From positions 806,001 to 870,000 of the forward strand of contig OX597821.1 in the NCBI GenBank assembly GCA_951406725.2: DNA of 64,000 nucleotides. Direction: 5' to 3'. A program made the translations under genes and the position numbers. The DNA is from Octopus vulgaris. Lineage: Eukaryota. Shown one piece after another: positions 41,215 to 53,853 of this stretch. Each line of letters starts with the position of its first letter. The first letter of the stretch is position 1. Below the pieces are notes generated by a model that saw only the letters and a list, made by a program, of their open reading frames with translations, did not search any database and was not told the origin of the DNA.

Positions 41215-41926
41215 CGTACAACGCACAGACAGAAAATTAGATAGAAATATATGGAAATATATGTACATAACTACAAAGTAGTTGGACATACAGACAGAAA
41301 GACAGACAGAAAGACAGACAGACAGATACACATTCAAGATAGGTGTATATCGATAGACAGACAATCGGACCGAGAGACAGTGATGGACAAACAGATAAAT
41401 GTCTCAAAGATTCTGATAAAAATTGATTTATTTTCCTATTCCTTCCCCCCCCCCCCCATATTTTATATCCTTTTCATACAATGCTGATAACTCGTGTCAT
41501 TTTCCCATACTTCTAATATATCTCTAGTGTAATATTTAATACTACAGGTCTGGTATCACTTAGGTTTATATCACACTGTTCTGATATCCTTAGGGACCAA
41601 CACCACACCAATATATTGTACACAATGTTGTTGATATTACTTTACACAATTCCTTGTTCTATGATAAATTGTCTAAGATCCACCCACCCACCCACCCACA
41701 TCCTTACTGCTGCCACTGTTGCTTCTGGCACATTTTTACACTATTCCGATATCCTTTTGTGGTCATATTGATATCATTTGCATATTGTTTATGTCATCAC
41801 ACAGTTCTCACATTTTAGGTTGTTATTATTAATGCAGTGTATACTATAATGTACATGTGTGTGTGTGTGTGTGCAGAGAGGGGAAGAGAGAGAGAGCATT
41901 GTGTGTGTGTGTATATATATATGTAC

Positions 41927-41991
<65 letters not shown>

Positions 41992-42008
41992 TAAGTATAG
42001 ACATGGCT

Positions 42009-42062
<54 letters not shown>

Positions 42063-42904
42063 GTATAGACATGGTTATGAAGCTTGCTTCCCAATCATGA
42101 AATTTCAGGTTCAGTTTCCTTGGGGAAGTTTTTTCTACTAAAGTGTTGTAAATAGATTTGGTCGATAGAAACTGAACCCCACCCCACCGGCCCCATCATA
42201 TAAATCTATGTGTGTGTATGATAGATGTAAACAAATATCACTGTCATAGAAGTGGTGTTGTTCATTTGTAATCTTCTGTGGAAGTATTACCTTGCATGGA
42301 ATTAAGTGAGGGCTAGTGACAGGAAGGACATCTGACTGTAGAGAATCTATGTCAATGTATTTCCATCTGACTCATTCATTTGACTCATGGAAAAGTGGAC
42401 ATGAAAAATATAATGCAGTATTATACAGATTATACTATATTTTATAGTATATACTATGTTTGTATGTTCGAATGAAAGTTAATAACATTCTAAAAATTTT
42501 GTAAGGCCAACAAATAGAGGGATACTGCAGTAAAGGAAGAACTGAGCTCAGGTATAAGGATAAGTTGAAACAATCACTAGAGTCTCCAGAGCTTAATTTG
42601 ACATCTTGAGAAAGTTATTACGAGATCGATCTGCATGGCATAAAATGTGTTACGATGTAATTAAAACAATTTGAGTTGAAGAAAGAGACCAAGGAAAGAA
42701 TTATATCCTGCAATCAACAGACATGTTTGCCCATCCCAGGCAAAATTAAAATCCTCAGTGTCCCCATTGTGACTTCATAGCAAAATCCATTCCTGGATCA
42801 AATCACATTCATGTATCCATTGCAAATAGATGCAGCTTCTTTTTTTATTTTTAAATATTTTATTTCTTCTTTTCTAAAAATCTTTTCCTTCAAACATTCA
42901 TATA

Positions 42905-43420
42905 TTGAACTTGATGGCAGGGATCATCATGGTTTATACTATATTATATGAATATAACAAAAACTGTGATCAATTAAACATTAAATGGGATGACAGTGTC
43001 AAAAATCTTGCAGTCCTTGAACAGGTCAAACATTGTCTCATCTGGGAAAATCATGCCCACTACTTGGATAATCCCAGACTGCCTCACCAAATTCTCTACA
43101 GAAAAGTTAGCACCAGCAAGAGCGGATGCGTCACGCAATGCTACAAATATCAACTGAAGCAGGCAATGAAGAGTACCCACAATGGCCTAAAATCCTGGGA
43201 ACAATACATAGAAGACAGAACAGCAGACATCACATCATCAATATTGGCAGAGAATGTTTTGTAAAAACATCAAAGAAACAAAAAATAAACTGTTACAACA
43301 AAAGTCCAGCCAGCTCCAAATCAAAGCCTCTACTGCTTAACCCAATGTGACCTCCATGGACAATTGTTCCATGCAAAAATTGGTCTTGCTAGCCACCAGA
43401 GGCACCAACACATGCAAGGA
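42905..43420 (+). mobile_element. Degenerate RTE (BovB-like) LINE 3' fragment
   Basis: DNPRLPHQILY...CYKYQLKQAMK...SWEQYIEDR (RTE C-terminal pattern RLPKQILY..YKD.LK..WE..A.DR) and a terminal C2H2-like KIGLASHQRH. Confidence 0.75.
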
Positions 43421-43616
43421 AGCACAAAGAAAGACAGAAATTTGGAAACAAGGCGTAGCAAATGCCACTGACAATAATTGTGTGGTGCACACTATATTAT
43501 ATGGAATATGTTTACAGAATAAGATGTACTTTGTTGTATAGATTGGCATCACATTTATAATATAGTGTAATTACTTGTACTACATCCTCATATCAACGTT
43601 GCTTACTTGATATTTT

Positions 43617-43654
<38 letters not shown>

Positions 43655-43658
<4 letters not shown>

Positions 43659-43834
43659 TATACCGGAGTAAGCACATAAATGTGAAACAAGGTGGAAAAA
43701 AGAGTACTCAAATGCCAGAGGTAGAGTAATATGCTTTATTTAAAAGCAGCAGAAATATAACAAAAGCTGTTACTCAGAGTTTCACATGAAACTGAGTAAC
43801 AGCTTTTGTTATATTTCTGCTGCTTTTAAATAAA

Positions 43835-43840
<6 letters not shown>
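43655..43840. mobile_element. Family H2 element in (TA)n with a ~55-bp foldback
   Basis: Arms 43729-43784 and 43787-43840, centred on the GAAAC of the HHR-like GAAACTCTGAGTAACAG. Confidence 0.7.
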
Positions 43841-43878
<38 letters not shown>

Positions 43879-44946
43879 CAATTTTACAATGTTTTGATAT
43901 CTTTCTAGTCATAATCTAATTAAATTTATCAGTGCAAGACCAACATATTTTGAGATATAAAGTGTTGCTGTGATCCAGAAACCCTGTAAAATTCTTTGCA
44001 ACTGAAAACCCTATAAGCGGTTGGCTCACAGCCAACGATGGAGCTGCTATCTGATTTGCTCGACCGACTGAATATATTTTTAGCTTTATTATTATCATAG
44101 ACAAAAGTCATTTTTAAACTTGGTTACATTTTGTTTTTAACAGAATTCAGAACATAGAATATTTATTTATTTTTCACTTGTTTTAGTTGTTGTCCTGTGG
44201 TCATACTGGAGCACTGCCCTGAAGGATTTAATGAATGAAATCAACAAGGACTTGTTTTTTTAAGTCGGGATATATTCTGTTGGTCATTTTCTTTTCTGTT
44301 CGCTAAGTTACAGGAAAGTAAACAAACCAACACTGGTCATCAAACAGTGAGAGAGAAACACAAAGCTGGACACAAACATACATACGTTTACATGACAAGG
44401 ACAAACACACACACACATTGTTTTAGTAGCACTTCTCAAGATCAATGCACAACATTTTTCTTAATCACACTTTACAGGTCTCTGTATTAATGCACGTATA
44501 TATGTGCATAAGTGAATTAGTGTCTCCATTCAAGGTATGTGACAGTGGTGTGTGTGGGTGTGATTTGATACTTGAATAGATAGTCTGACAGAGAGATACA
44601 TCCATAATTATATCTTACTAGGTACGTAATTTAAATACAGTATATTCTGTGAGTGGGAGCATGTGTTTAAAAATATGTAGAGTATATATGGTTTTGATGA
44701 TGAATGAACGTATCACAAGCGTGTATATAGAAATTCGGTGAATGTTTATTTGTGTGCTTGTGTGTACATTCCACAGATGTAGAGAATAAAATTGAAAAAC
44801 AGATATGAATGTAGAAACACATATAGAGAATATGATAATTCAACAATGTAGAGAAAATAATGTTTGTAATCAACAATGTATAGGCAGATGCAGGAAAAAT
44901 AATGATTATAGATAAACAATGTTGTTGTAGAAATATGATTATAGAT

Positions 44947-47900
44947 CAATAATGTAGATGTAGAGAATATAATGACTGTAGAACAATAATGTAGATGTGG
45001 ATGATATAATGACCGTAGAACAATAATGTAGGTGTAGAGAATATAATGACTGTAGAACAATAATGTAGATGTAGAGAATATAATGACTGTAGAACAATAA
45101 TGTAGATGTAGAGAATATAATGACTGTAAAACAATAATGTAGATGTAGAGAATATAATGACTGTAGAACAATAATGTAGATGTAGAGAATATAATGACTG
45201 TAGAGCAATAATGTAGATGTAGAGAATATAATGACTGTAGAACAATAATGTAGATGTAGAGAATATAATGACTGTAGAGCAATAATGTAGATGTAGAGAA
45301 TATAATGACTGTAGAACAATAATGTAGATGTAGAGAATATAATGACCGTAGAACAATAATGTAGATGTAGAGAATATAATGACTGTAGAACAATAATGTA
45401 GATGTAGAGAATATAATGACTGTAGAGCAATGATGTAGATGTAGAGAATATAATGACTGTAGAACAATAATGTAGATGTAGAGAATATAATGACTGTAGA
45501 ACAAAAATGTAGATGTAGAGAATATAATGACTGTAGAACAATAATGTAGATGTAGAGAATATAATGACTGTAGAAAAAAAATGTAGATGTAGAGAATATA
45601 ATGACTGTAGAACAATAATGTAGATGTAGAGAATATAATGACTGTAGAACAATAATGTAGATGTAGAGAATATAATGACCGTAGAACAATAATGTAGATG
45701 TAGAGAATATAATGACTGTAGAACAATAATGTAGATGTAGAGAATATAATGACTGTAGAACAATAATGTAGATGTAGAGAATATAATGACTGTAGAACAA
45801 TAATGTAGATGTAGAGAATATAATGACTGTAGAACAATAATGTAGATGTAGAGAATATAATGACCGTAGTACAATAATGTAGATGTAGAGAATATAATGA
45901 CCGTAGAACAATAATGTAGATGTAGAGAATATAATGACTGTAGAACAATAATGTAGATGTAGAGAATATAATGACCGTAGTACAATAATGTAGATGTAGA
46001 GAATATAATGACCGTAGAACAATAATGTAGATGTAGAGAATATAATGACTGTAGAACAATAATGTAGATGTAGAGAATATAATGACTGTAGAGCAATGAT
46101 GTAGATGTAGAGAATATAATGACTGTAGAACAATAATGTAGATGTAGAGAATATAATGACTGTAAAACAATAATGTAGATGTAGAGAATATAATGACTGT
46201 AGAACAATAATGTAGATGTAGAGAATATAATGACTGTAGAACAATAATGTAGATGTAGAGAATATAATGACTATAGAACAATAATGTAGATGTAGAGAAT
46301 ATAATGACTGTAGAACAATAATGTAGATGTAGAGAATATAATGACTGTAGAACAATAATGTAGATGTAGAGAATATAATGACTGTAGAACAATAATGTAG
46401 ATGTAGAGAATATAATGACCGTAGTACAATAATGTAGATGTAGAGAATATAATGACCGTAGAACAATAATGTAGATGTAGAGAATATAATGACTGTAGAA
46501 CAATAATGTAGATGTAGAGAATATAATGACTGTAGAACAATAATGTAGATGTAGAGAATATAATGACTGTAGAGCAATGATGTAGATGTAGAGAATATAA
46601 TGACTGTAGAACAATAATGTAGATGTAGAGAATATAATGACTGTAAAACAATAATGTAGATGTAGAGAATATAATGACTGTAGAACAATAATGTAGATGT
46701 AGAGAATATAATGACTGTAGAACAATAATGTAGATGTAGAGAATATAATGACTGTAGAGCAATAATGTAGATGTAGAGAATATAATGACTGTAAAACAAT
46801 AATGTAGATGTAGAGAATATAATGACTGTAGAACAATAATGTAGATGTAGAGAATATAATGACTGTAGAACAATAATGTAGATGTAGAGAATATAATGAC
46901 TGTAGAACAATAATGTAGATGTAGAGAATATAATGACTGTAGAACAATAATGTAGATGTAGAGAATATAATGACTGTAAAACAATAATGTAGATGTAGAG
47001 AATATAATGACTGTAGAACAATAATGTAGATGTAGAGAATATAATGACTGTAGAGCAATAATGTAGATGTAGAGAATATAATGACTGTAGAGCAATAATG
47101 TAGATGTAGAGAATATAATGACTGTAGAACAATAATGTAGATGTAGAGAATATAATGACTGTAGAACAATAATGTAGATGTAGAGAATATAATGACTGTA
47201 GAACAATAATGTAGATGTAGAGAATATAATGACTGTAGAACAATAATGTAGATGTAGAGAATATAATGACTGTAGAGCAATAATGTAGATGTAGAGAATA
47301 TAATGACTGTAGAGCAATAATGTAGATGTAGAGAATATAATGACTGTAGAACAATAATGTAGATGTAGAGAATATAATGACTGTAGAACAATAATGTAGA
47401 TGTAGAGAATATAATGACTGTAGAACAATAATGTAGATGTAGAGAATATAATGACTGTAAAACAATAATGTAGATGTAGAGAATATAATGACTGTAGAAC
47501 AATAATGTAGATGTAGAGAATATAATGACTGTAGAGCAATAATGTAGATGTAGAGAATATAATGACTGTAGAGCAATAATGTAGATGTAGAGAATATAAT
47601 GACTGTAGAACAATAATGTAGATGTAGAGAATATAATGACTGTAGAACAATAATGTAGATGTAGAGAATATAATGACTGTAAAACAATAATGTAGATGTA
47701 GAGAATATAATGACTGTAGAACAATAATGTAGATGTAGAGAATATAATGACTGTAGAACAATAATGTAGAGGTAGAGAATATAATGACTGTAGAATAATA
47801 ATGTAGATGTAGAGAATATAATGACTGTAGAACAATAATGTAGATGTAGAGAATATAATGACTGTAGAACAATAATGTAGATGTAGAGAATATAATGACT

Positions 47901-48345
47901 GTAAAACAATAATGTAGATGTAGAGAATATAATGACTGTAGAGCAATAATGTAGATGTAGAGAATATAATGACTGTAGAGCAATAATGTAGATGTAGAGA
48001 ATATAATGACTGTAGAACAATAATGTAGATGTAGAGAATATAATGACTGTAGAACAATAATGTAGATGTAGAGAATATAATGACTGTAAAACAATAATGT
48101 AGATGTAGAGAATATAATGACTGTAGAACAATAATGTAGATGTAGAGAATATAATGACTGTAGAACAATAATGTAGATGTAGAGAATATAATGACTGTAA
48201 AACAATAATGTAGATGTAGAGAATATAATGACTGTAGAACAATAATGTAGATGTAGAGAATATAATGACTGTAGAACAATAATGTAGATGTAGAGAATAT
48301 AATGACTGTAGAACAATAATGTAAATGTGGATGATATAATGATTG
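44947..48345. repeat. 37-bp tandem satellite, ~90 copies
   Basis: Unit TGTAGATGTAGAGAATATAATGACTGTAGAACAATAA. Degenerate units flank it at ~44660-44946, 48345-48420 and 48962-49000. Confidence 0.97.
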
Positions 48346-48426
48346 TTGAATAACAAAGGTGATGTACAGAATATGATAGTAGATCATGAATGTAGATATG
48401 AACTTAGAGAATATTAGCTTAAAAGT

Positions 48427-48950
48427 CACACTTTTTGTAGACTTATAAGCTAGCTCCTGTGGTGGGTTAATTGCGCCTGTGACCCAAAACTAAGGAGGGC
48501 TAAATAGCATGACTATAATACATCTATAATGACTAAATGCCCAGGTGGTGTTTGATCATAGGTTAAGGACAGATGAGAATTAATTCTGTAATGCAATCAT
48601 TCTATTGTTCCAGTCCTAAGTTGAATTCCAACTGTTGGCCAATTTATCCCAAAGTTCTTATCTCGACGTAAAATAAACGAAGCAAATGTCATTTATCTTC
48701 CCTTTTATCTCTGATGTCATCTGACAACTGCTACCAAGATGGCATGAATCAGCCAAAATTTATTTGCTAGAAATAGCAACCGAAATACTTTTAAATCAGA
48801 TCCCAAAGCTGAATGTTTAAGAACCAAATGAAGGGCAGATTTTCAATCCTGGGATCATCCTAATTCCAAAAAGTATATGTCTACATAGAGCAAATGTAGG
48901 CTGGGATACAGGGGTCTCAAATGGCAGACAAAATTTCACTTTTATTATTA
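48427..48950. repeat. Unclassified ~510-bp dispersed repeat, copy 2 (inverted relative to 39122-39632)
   Basis: See copy 1. It separates the satellite flank from a lone satellite-like unit at 48962-49000. Confidence 0.85.
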
Positions 48951-49010
48951 ATATTATTGATAATATTTGTAGAACATCAATGTAGATGTAGAGAATAAGA
49001 GTGCAGATCA

Positions 49011-49078
<68 letters not shown>

Positions 49079-49088
49079 AATTCTGTTA

Positions 49089-49260
49089 AAGCTAAATTTT
49101 ACATTATTTACATTTGACAGATATTTGTCCTCGTCTTGTTTGTTGTTAACACAACATTTCGGCTGATATACTCTCCAGCCTTCATCAAGTGTCTTGGGGA
49201 AATTTCGAACCTGGGTTCTCATTCCTAAGGTATTTTTCGATGTTATCATTATCATTATTA

Positions 49261-49308
<48 letters not shown>

Positions 49309-49458
49309 TTCGAAATTCCCCCAAGACACTTGATGAAAGCTGGTGTGTACATCAGCTGAAACGTTAACAACAAACAAGATGAGGACAAATATCCGTCGAA
49401 TGTAAATAATGTACATAATTCCTCATCTCTTAAATATACAACTGTAAGCTAAATTTTA
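49089..49458. mobile_element. Family H1 element: inverted pair of hammerhead tails with a 13-bp TSD
   Basis: AAGCTAAATTTTA at 49089-49101 and 49446-49458. Minus-strand HHR at 49148-49193 and plus-strand HHR at 49325-49365, separated by (ATT)n. Confidence 0.85.
49148..49193 (-). ncRNA. Hammerhead ribozyme motif (mutated core)
   Basis: GACAC-UUGAUGA-A-GGCUG(gagaguauau)CAGCC-GAAA-UG-UU-GUGUU: stem I ACAC/GUGU, 5-bp stem II. Confidence 0.7.
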
Positions 49459-49929
49459 TTTAACTTTTGTCATGGTACAGTTATGGTTATCTGAATGTGT
49501 ATATGTGCATATATGTGTCCATGTGTTGCTAATTGTGTACAAGGTCTATAGAAACATGCTCATGTATGCATATGTGTATCTATGAATGTGAATCTATATA
49601 AAAACATACATGCACACACCTATATCAATATCAGTTCATATACTATTATATAAATGTTCTTCACCTATCTTCATAACCCACTGTTTCTGTGGGGTTCATA
49701 GGGGGGAGAATTCTCAAACAAGCCCTCCAAGGGGCATGTATATCAGTTAAGGGGTTCCGACAGCAAATTACTTGGTGACCTTGTTGGTGTTGGTGCATGC
49801 AAAAAACACCCAGTACACTCTGTAAAGTGGTGTAGAGCAGAAACCAAGTCCAATCAGACAGTAGAATTAGCTCCTATCGAATCATCCAACTCATCGTACC
49901 TTGGAAAGTAAATGATAAACAGATATATT

Positions 49930-50239
49930 TTTTATTTATGCGCCCTTTTCAAGCCTAGCCAGGCTCATGGGCCCGGTTTCCCGGTTTCTGTGGTGTATGT
50001 GTTCCCCCCAGCTGGACGGGATGCCAGTCCATCGCAGTGTTACTTAAGAAACAGGAAGAGAGAGTGAGAAAAAGCTGTGGTGAAAGAGTACAAGTAGGGA
50101 TCACCACCACCCCCTGCCAGAGCCTCGTGGAGCTTTAGGTGTTTTCACTCAATAAACACTCACAACGCCTGGTCTGGGAATCGAAACAGTGATCCTCCGA
50201 CCGCAAGTCTGCTGCCCTAACCACTGGGCCATTGCACCT

Positions 50240-50243
<4 letters not shown>
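49930..50243 (-). mobile_element. V-domain-like tRNA SINE
   Basis: Head TGGCCCAGTGGTTAGGGC...GTTTCGATTCCC. The 3' part GCGATGGACTGGCATCCCGTCCAG resembles the V-SINE domain. Confidence 0.7.
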
Positions 50244-50278
<35 letters not shown>

Positions 50279-50339
50279 CTGGCACAGAATATATACCTAT
50301 AATGTACTGGATGCAGTTTATTAAACTAATTGTACCATC

Positions 50340-51470
50340 ATAATAAATATGTCCTTGAACTAACAGACTATTTACTCCTTGATAAGTGTGTAACCTTGCG
50401 CCAATGGACTATTTAGCACCTTTTCAATAAGTATACCACTGGACTATTTACAGATTCCCAATAGGTGTACCCTTGCACCTATGGACTACTTATCCTCACA
50501 ATAAGTTAAGTTAATTTTTTGGCTCAAAAAGCAAAAAGCAAGGCCATGTAGGGGGACATTGAGTTATGTACAGGGTGGTGTTCATGCAAAGAGTTCAGGC
50601 CATTTCTGGTCAAGGGAGACTTTGAACCAAGCGGTCGTCGGCATCTTCACTATCTCGTCTGGCAGCTTATTCCACGGATCCGCAACCCGGATGGAGAAAG
50701 CCCCTCTCCTTCGATTGAGATGAAATCGTCACAGACAGAACTTTTTGGAGTGACCCCGCAACCGACGCTCTGGAGCAGGAGTGAAGAACAGCTCTTTCGA
50801 GAGGTTACACTTTTGACTTATGATGTTGTGAGATCACCACGGCGTCATCGTTTTTCTAGAGAATAAAGGTCGAGCGTCTTCAGCCTTTCTTCATAAGACA
50901 AATGCTTGAGGCCAAGAACCATGCGGGTAGCCAGCTTCTGGACTCTTTTGAGATGATGTATGTCTTTGAGGAAATAAGGAGAAGAGGCTTGAATCCCGTA
51001 CTCCAATATGGGTCTCACCAGCGTGACATAGAGCGGTAGGAATATGGCTGCTGTGAGCATTCCGAATGACCATCAAATCAAAAACAGAACTCTGCGTGCT
51101 TTGTATTTGTGCCAGTGGGCTATCTACAGCTTCCCAATGCACCAATGGAACGATTAGTCTCACAAAATAAGTGTATTTGTGCCAATTGCCTACTCACAGC
51201 TTCCTAATAGGTGTGTCCTCACACCTAAGGACTATTTATCCTCATAACTAGATTGTATTTGTGCCAATAGATTATTTACACCTTCCCAATAGAGGTATCC
51301 TTGTGCCTGTGGACTATTTACCTTTTCACAGTAATTAGTCTTGAACCAATGGACTATTTATCTTCACAAAAAGAGCATATTTGTATCAATGGAGAATTTA
51401 GACCTTCCCAATAAGAGTACCAATGGACTATTTACACCTTTCCTACATGCGTAACCTTGTGCCAGTGCAA
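50340..51470. repeat. Degenerate ~40-bp minisatellite interrupted by a CR1 fragment
   Basis: Recurring GGACTATTTA...CCCAATA...CCTTGTGCC on both sides of the LINE. Confidence 0.75.
50505..51098 (-). mobile_element. 5'-truncated CR1-clade LINE
   Basis: LYVTLVRPILEYG...HLKRVQKLATRMV.GLKHLSYEERLKTLDLYSLEKR*RRGDL...LRGHSKK...FSIRVADPWNKLP, then a 3' UTR with a short-repeat tail (TTAACTTAAC). Confidence 0.92.
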
Positions 51471-52082
51471 AACAAAACAAACAAAAACCATCACCATTGT
51501 TATTATTACTATTATTAGTTGTAGTAATAGTATTATTATGAGTGATTTATTATCTTTCTGGCTAAATAAGTTGCTCAACCCTCAGAACCATTAATAACAG
51601 AATTATCTTGATGTATTTGATAATAAACCATGTTACAGCAATATTCTCTGGCTTCTGTCCATCGTTTTACCACCATCGTCAGTATCACTCTTATCCCTTT
51701 CATCGTTTATCACTATCAGTATTTTTACATCTTTTCTTTCAATGTGGCTGGCTGTTTGCCTGTCTGTCCGTCAGTCTCAATGCATGCGAAGGCATGCGAG
51801 CGAAAGTTCATACATGTATGACTGTGTGTTTGTTTGTGAGTGCTTGAGAGAGAAAGAGGGCATGTGAGTAAAGGAGCATGTATGTGTGTGCATATGTGTG
51901 TGTGTGTGTGTGTGCATGCGTGCGTGTGTGAGAGAGAGAGAGAATGCATGTATGATGGCATGTTTGTATGCATGTGCCTGCACAGGCATGCATATATCTA
52001 TGAATACATGCTTCATCATAAATTGGATGTGAAATGATGATGCATGTGTGTGTATATATATGTATATATATATGTGTGTGCG

Positions 52083-52135
<53 letters not shown>

Positions 52136-52154
52136 ACGTATGTATGTATGTATG

Positions 52155-52197
<43 letters not shown>

Positions 52198-53465
52198 ATC
52201 CTCCCATCACTGAAGTTTCCATCAATAATTTATACTACAGCCATACAAGTCCACAATTGTCCATAGCAACATATTGATCTCATTGTCCCATATCTTGTTT
52301 CCCATCTTTATCTACCCACCTATAAACGAATGAACAGGTGAGTAAAAGCTGACATTTCACCCATCAAACATCAAAGTGATCATTGATACTTTTTTTTAAT
52401 GTAGCAAAAGAAATAACCAGACAAAACAACCCCCAAAAAACAAACCATTATTAAACCTTAAATTCCAACCTGAAAATAAAAAAAAACCTAAATACCTAAG
52501 ACATGTTTATTGTGTTGAAGGTTGCAATGTAAAGGTTTAACATGGCTGTTTTTCCAATAACACCAATTCAAAAATGCATTGCTTTGAACATTTTAAGATT
52601 AAATGTCACCTTTTGTTCAGTTACCTACCCTCATATTTACATCATTCAATTGTTTGTTTTACACCCATTTTTCCATGCCAGCATGGGTTGGAAGGAAGTT
52701 TTTTTGAAGCTGTGTTTTATGTTTGGACACTGTTCCTGTTTCTAACCCTTATCTCTTTTTCAATCCATCCATCCATCTATCTATCCATCAGTCCATCCAT
52801 CCATCCATCCATCTGTTTATCTATCAAACATTATTCCTTTCTACAAGAGGCACAAACCTTGAAATTTTAAGGGAGCTGGTTAGTCAATTACATTGACCCC
52901 CACAGTGCTTGGCAGGTATTTATTTCACCAACTATGAAAGGATGAAAGAGTCAATGTTGGTGGAACCTTGGTGGAATTTGAGCTCAGAATGTAAAGACAG
53001 ACGAAATGCCATTAATCATTGTGTCCAGTATGCTAATAATTCTGCCAGCTTGCCCCCTTATCTTGCAGATACAAGCACTTCTGGTTCAAAGCTCTGCATA
53101 ATGGACACTAGAAAGCTTGCTGGATCACCGGGACAGAATGTGCAGCATTTTGGAGCCTTCATAATCATCATCATCATTTAATGTCCAGTTGTCCATACTG
53201 GCATGAGTTGGATGATTTGACATGGAGCTGACCAGTTGGGGAGTTGTCCAATTGTCTGTTGTAGCCTGGTTTCTTTGGCTGGATGCACTTCCTTATGCCT
53301 AATGCCAAATTATGTGTGAGTGTGTGTGTGTATATATATGTATATATGTATATATGTTTGTATATGTGTGTGTTATGTGTGTGTGTATATATATATATAT
53401 GCACATATACACATATAGATATTATATATGTGTGTGCATGTATACATATGTGTGTGTGTGTGTAT

Positions 53466-53853
53466 AGGCGTAGGAGTGGCTGTGTGGTAAGTAGCTTGCT
53501 TACAAACCACATGGTTCTGGGTTCAGTCCCACTGCATGGCACCTTGAGCAAGTGTCTTCTACTATAGCCTTGGGCCAACCAAAGCCTTGTGAGTGGGTTT
53601 GGTAGACGGAAATTGAAAGAAGCCCGTCATATATATGTATATATGTGTGTTCATGTGTCTGTGTTTGTCTCCCCCAACATCGCTTGACAACCGATGGTGG
53701 TGTGTTTACGTCCCTGTAACTTAGCGGTTCGGCAAAAGAGACCAATAGAATAAGTACTAGGCTTACAAAGAATAAGTCCTGGGGTCAATGTGCTCGACTA
53801 AAAGCGGTGCTCCAGCATGGCCACTGTCAAATGACTGAAACAAGTAAAAGAGT
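53466..53853 (+). mobile_element. Full-length young SINE family B
   Basis: Best-preserved copy. Others at 55690-56135(+), 57075-57500(-), 59980-60133(-), 60390-60800(-), 32018-32480(-), 21720-21950(-) and 44170-44380(-). Confidence 0.9.

Noticed and set aside
44947-48345. CRISPR array (37-bp repeats)
   Set aside because: Head-to-tail repeats with no unique spacers, eukaryotic context and no cas genes. The same applies to 24705-24925.
44746-48429. 1227/1136/681/422-aa ORFs as a protein-coding gene
   Set aside because: They are translations of a 37-bp satellite, identical in all frames, with no domain or gene structure.
52267-52343. Plus-strand exon ending at a perfect donor CAG|GTGAGT; strong acceptors at 20320(+), ~30543(-) and ~30353(-)
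   Set aside because: Isolated splice-like signals without a convincing partner or recognisable peptide, expected by chance at this length.
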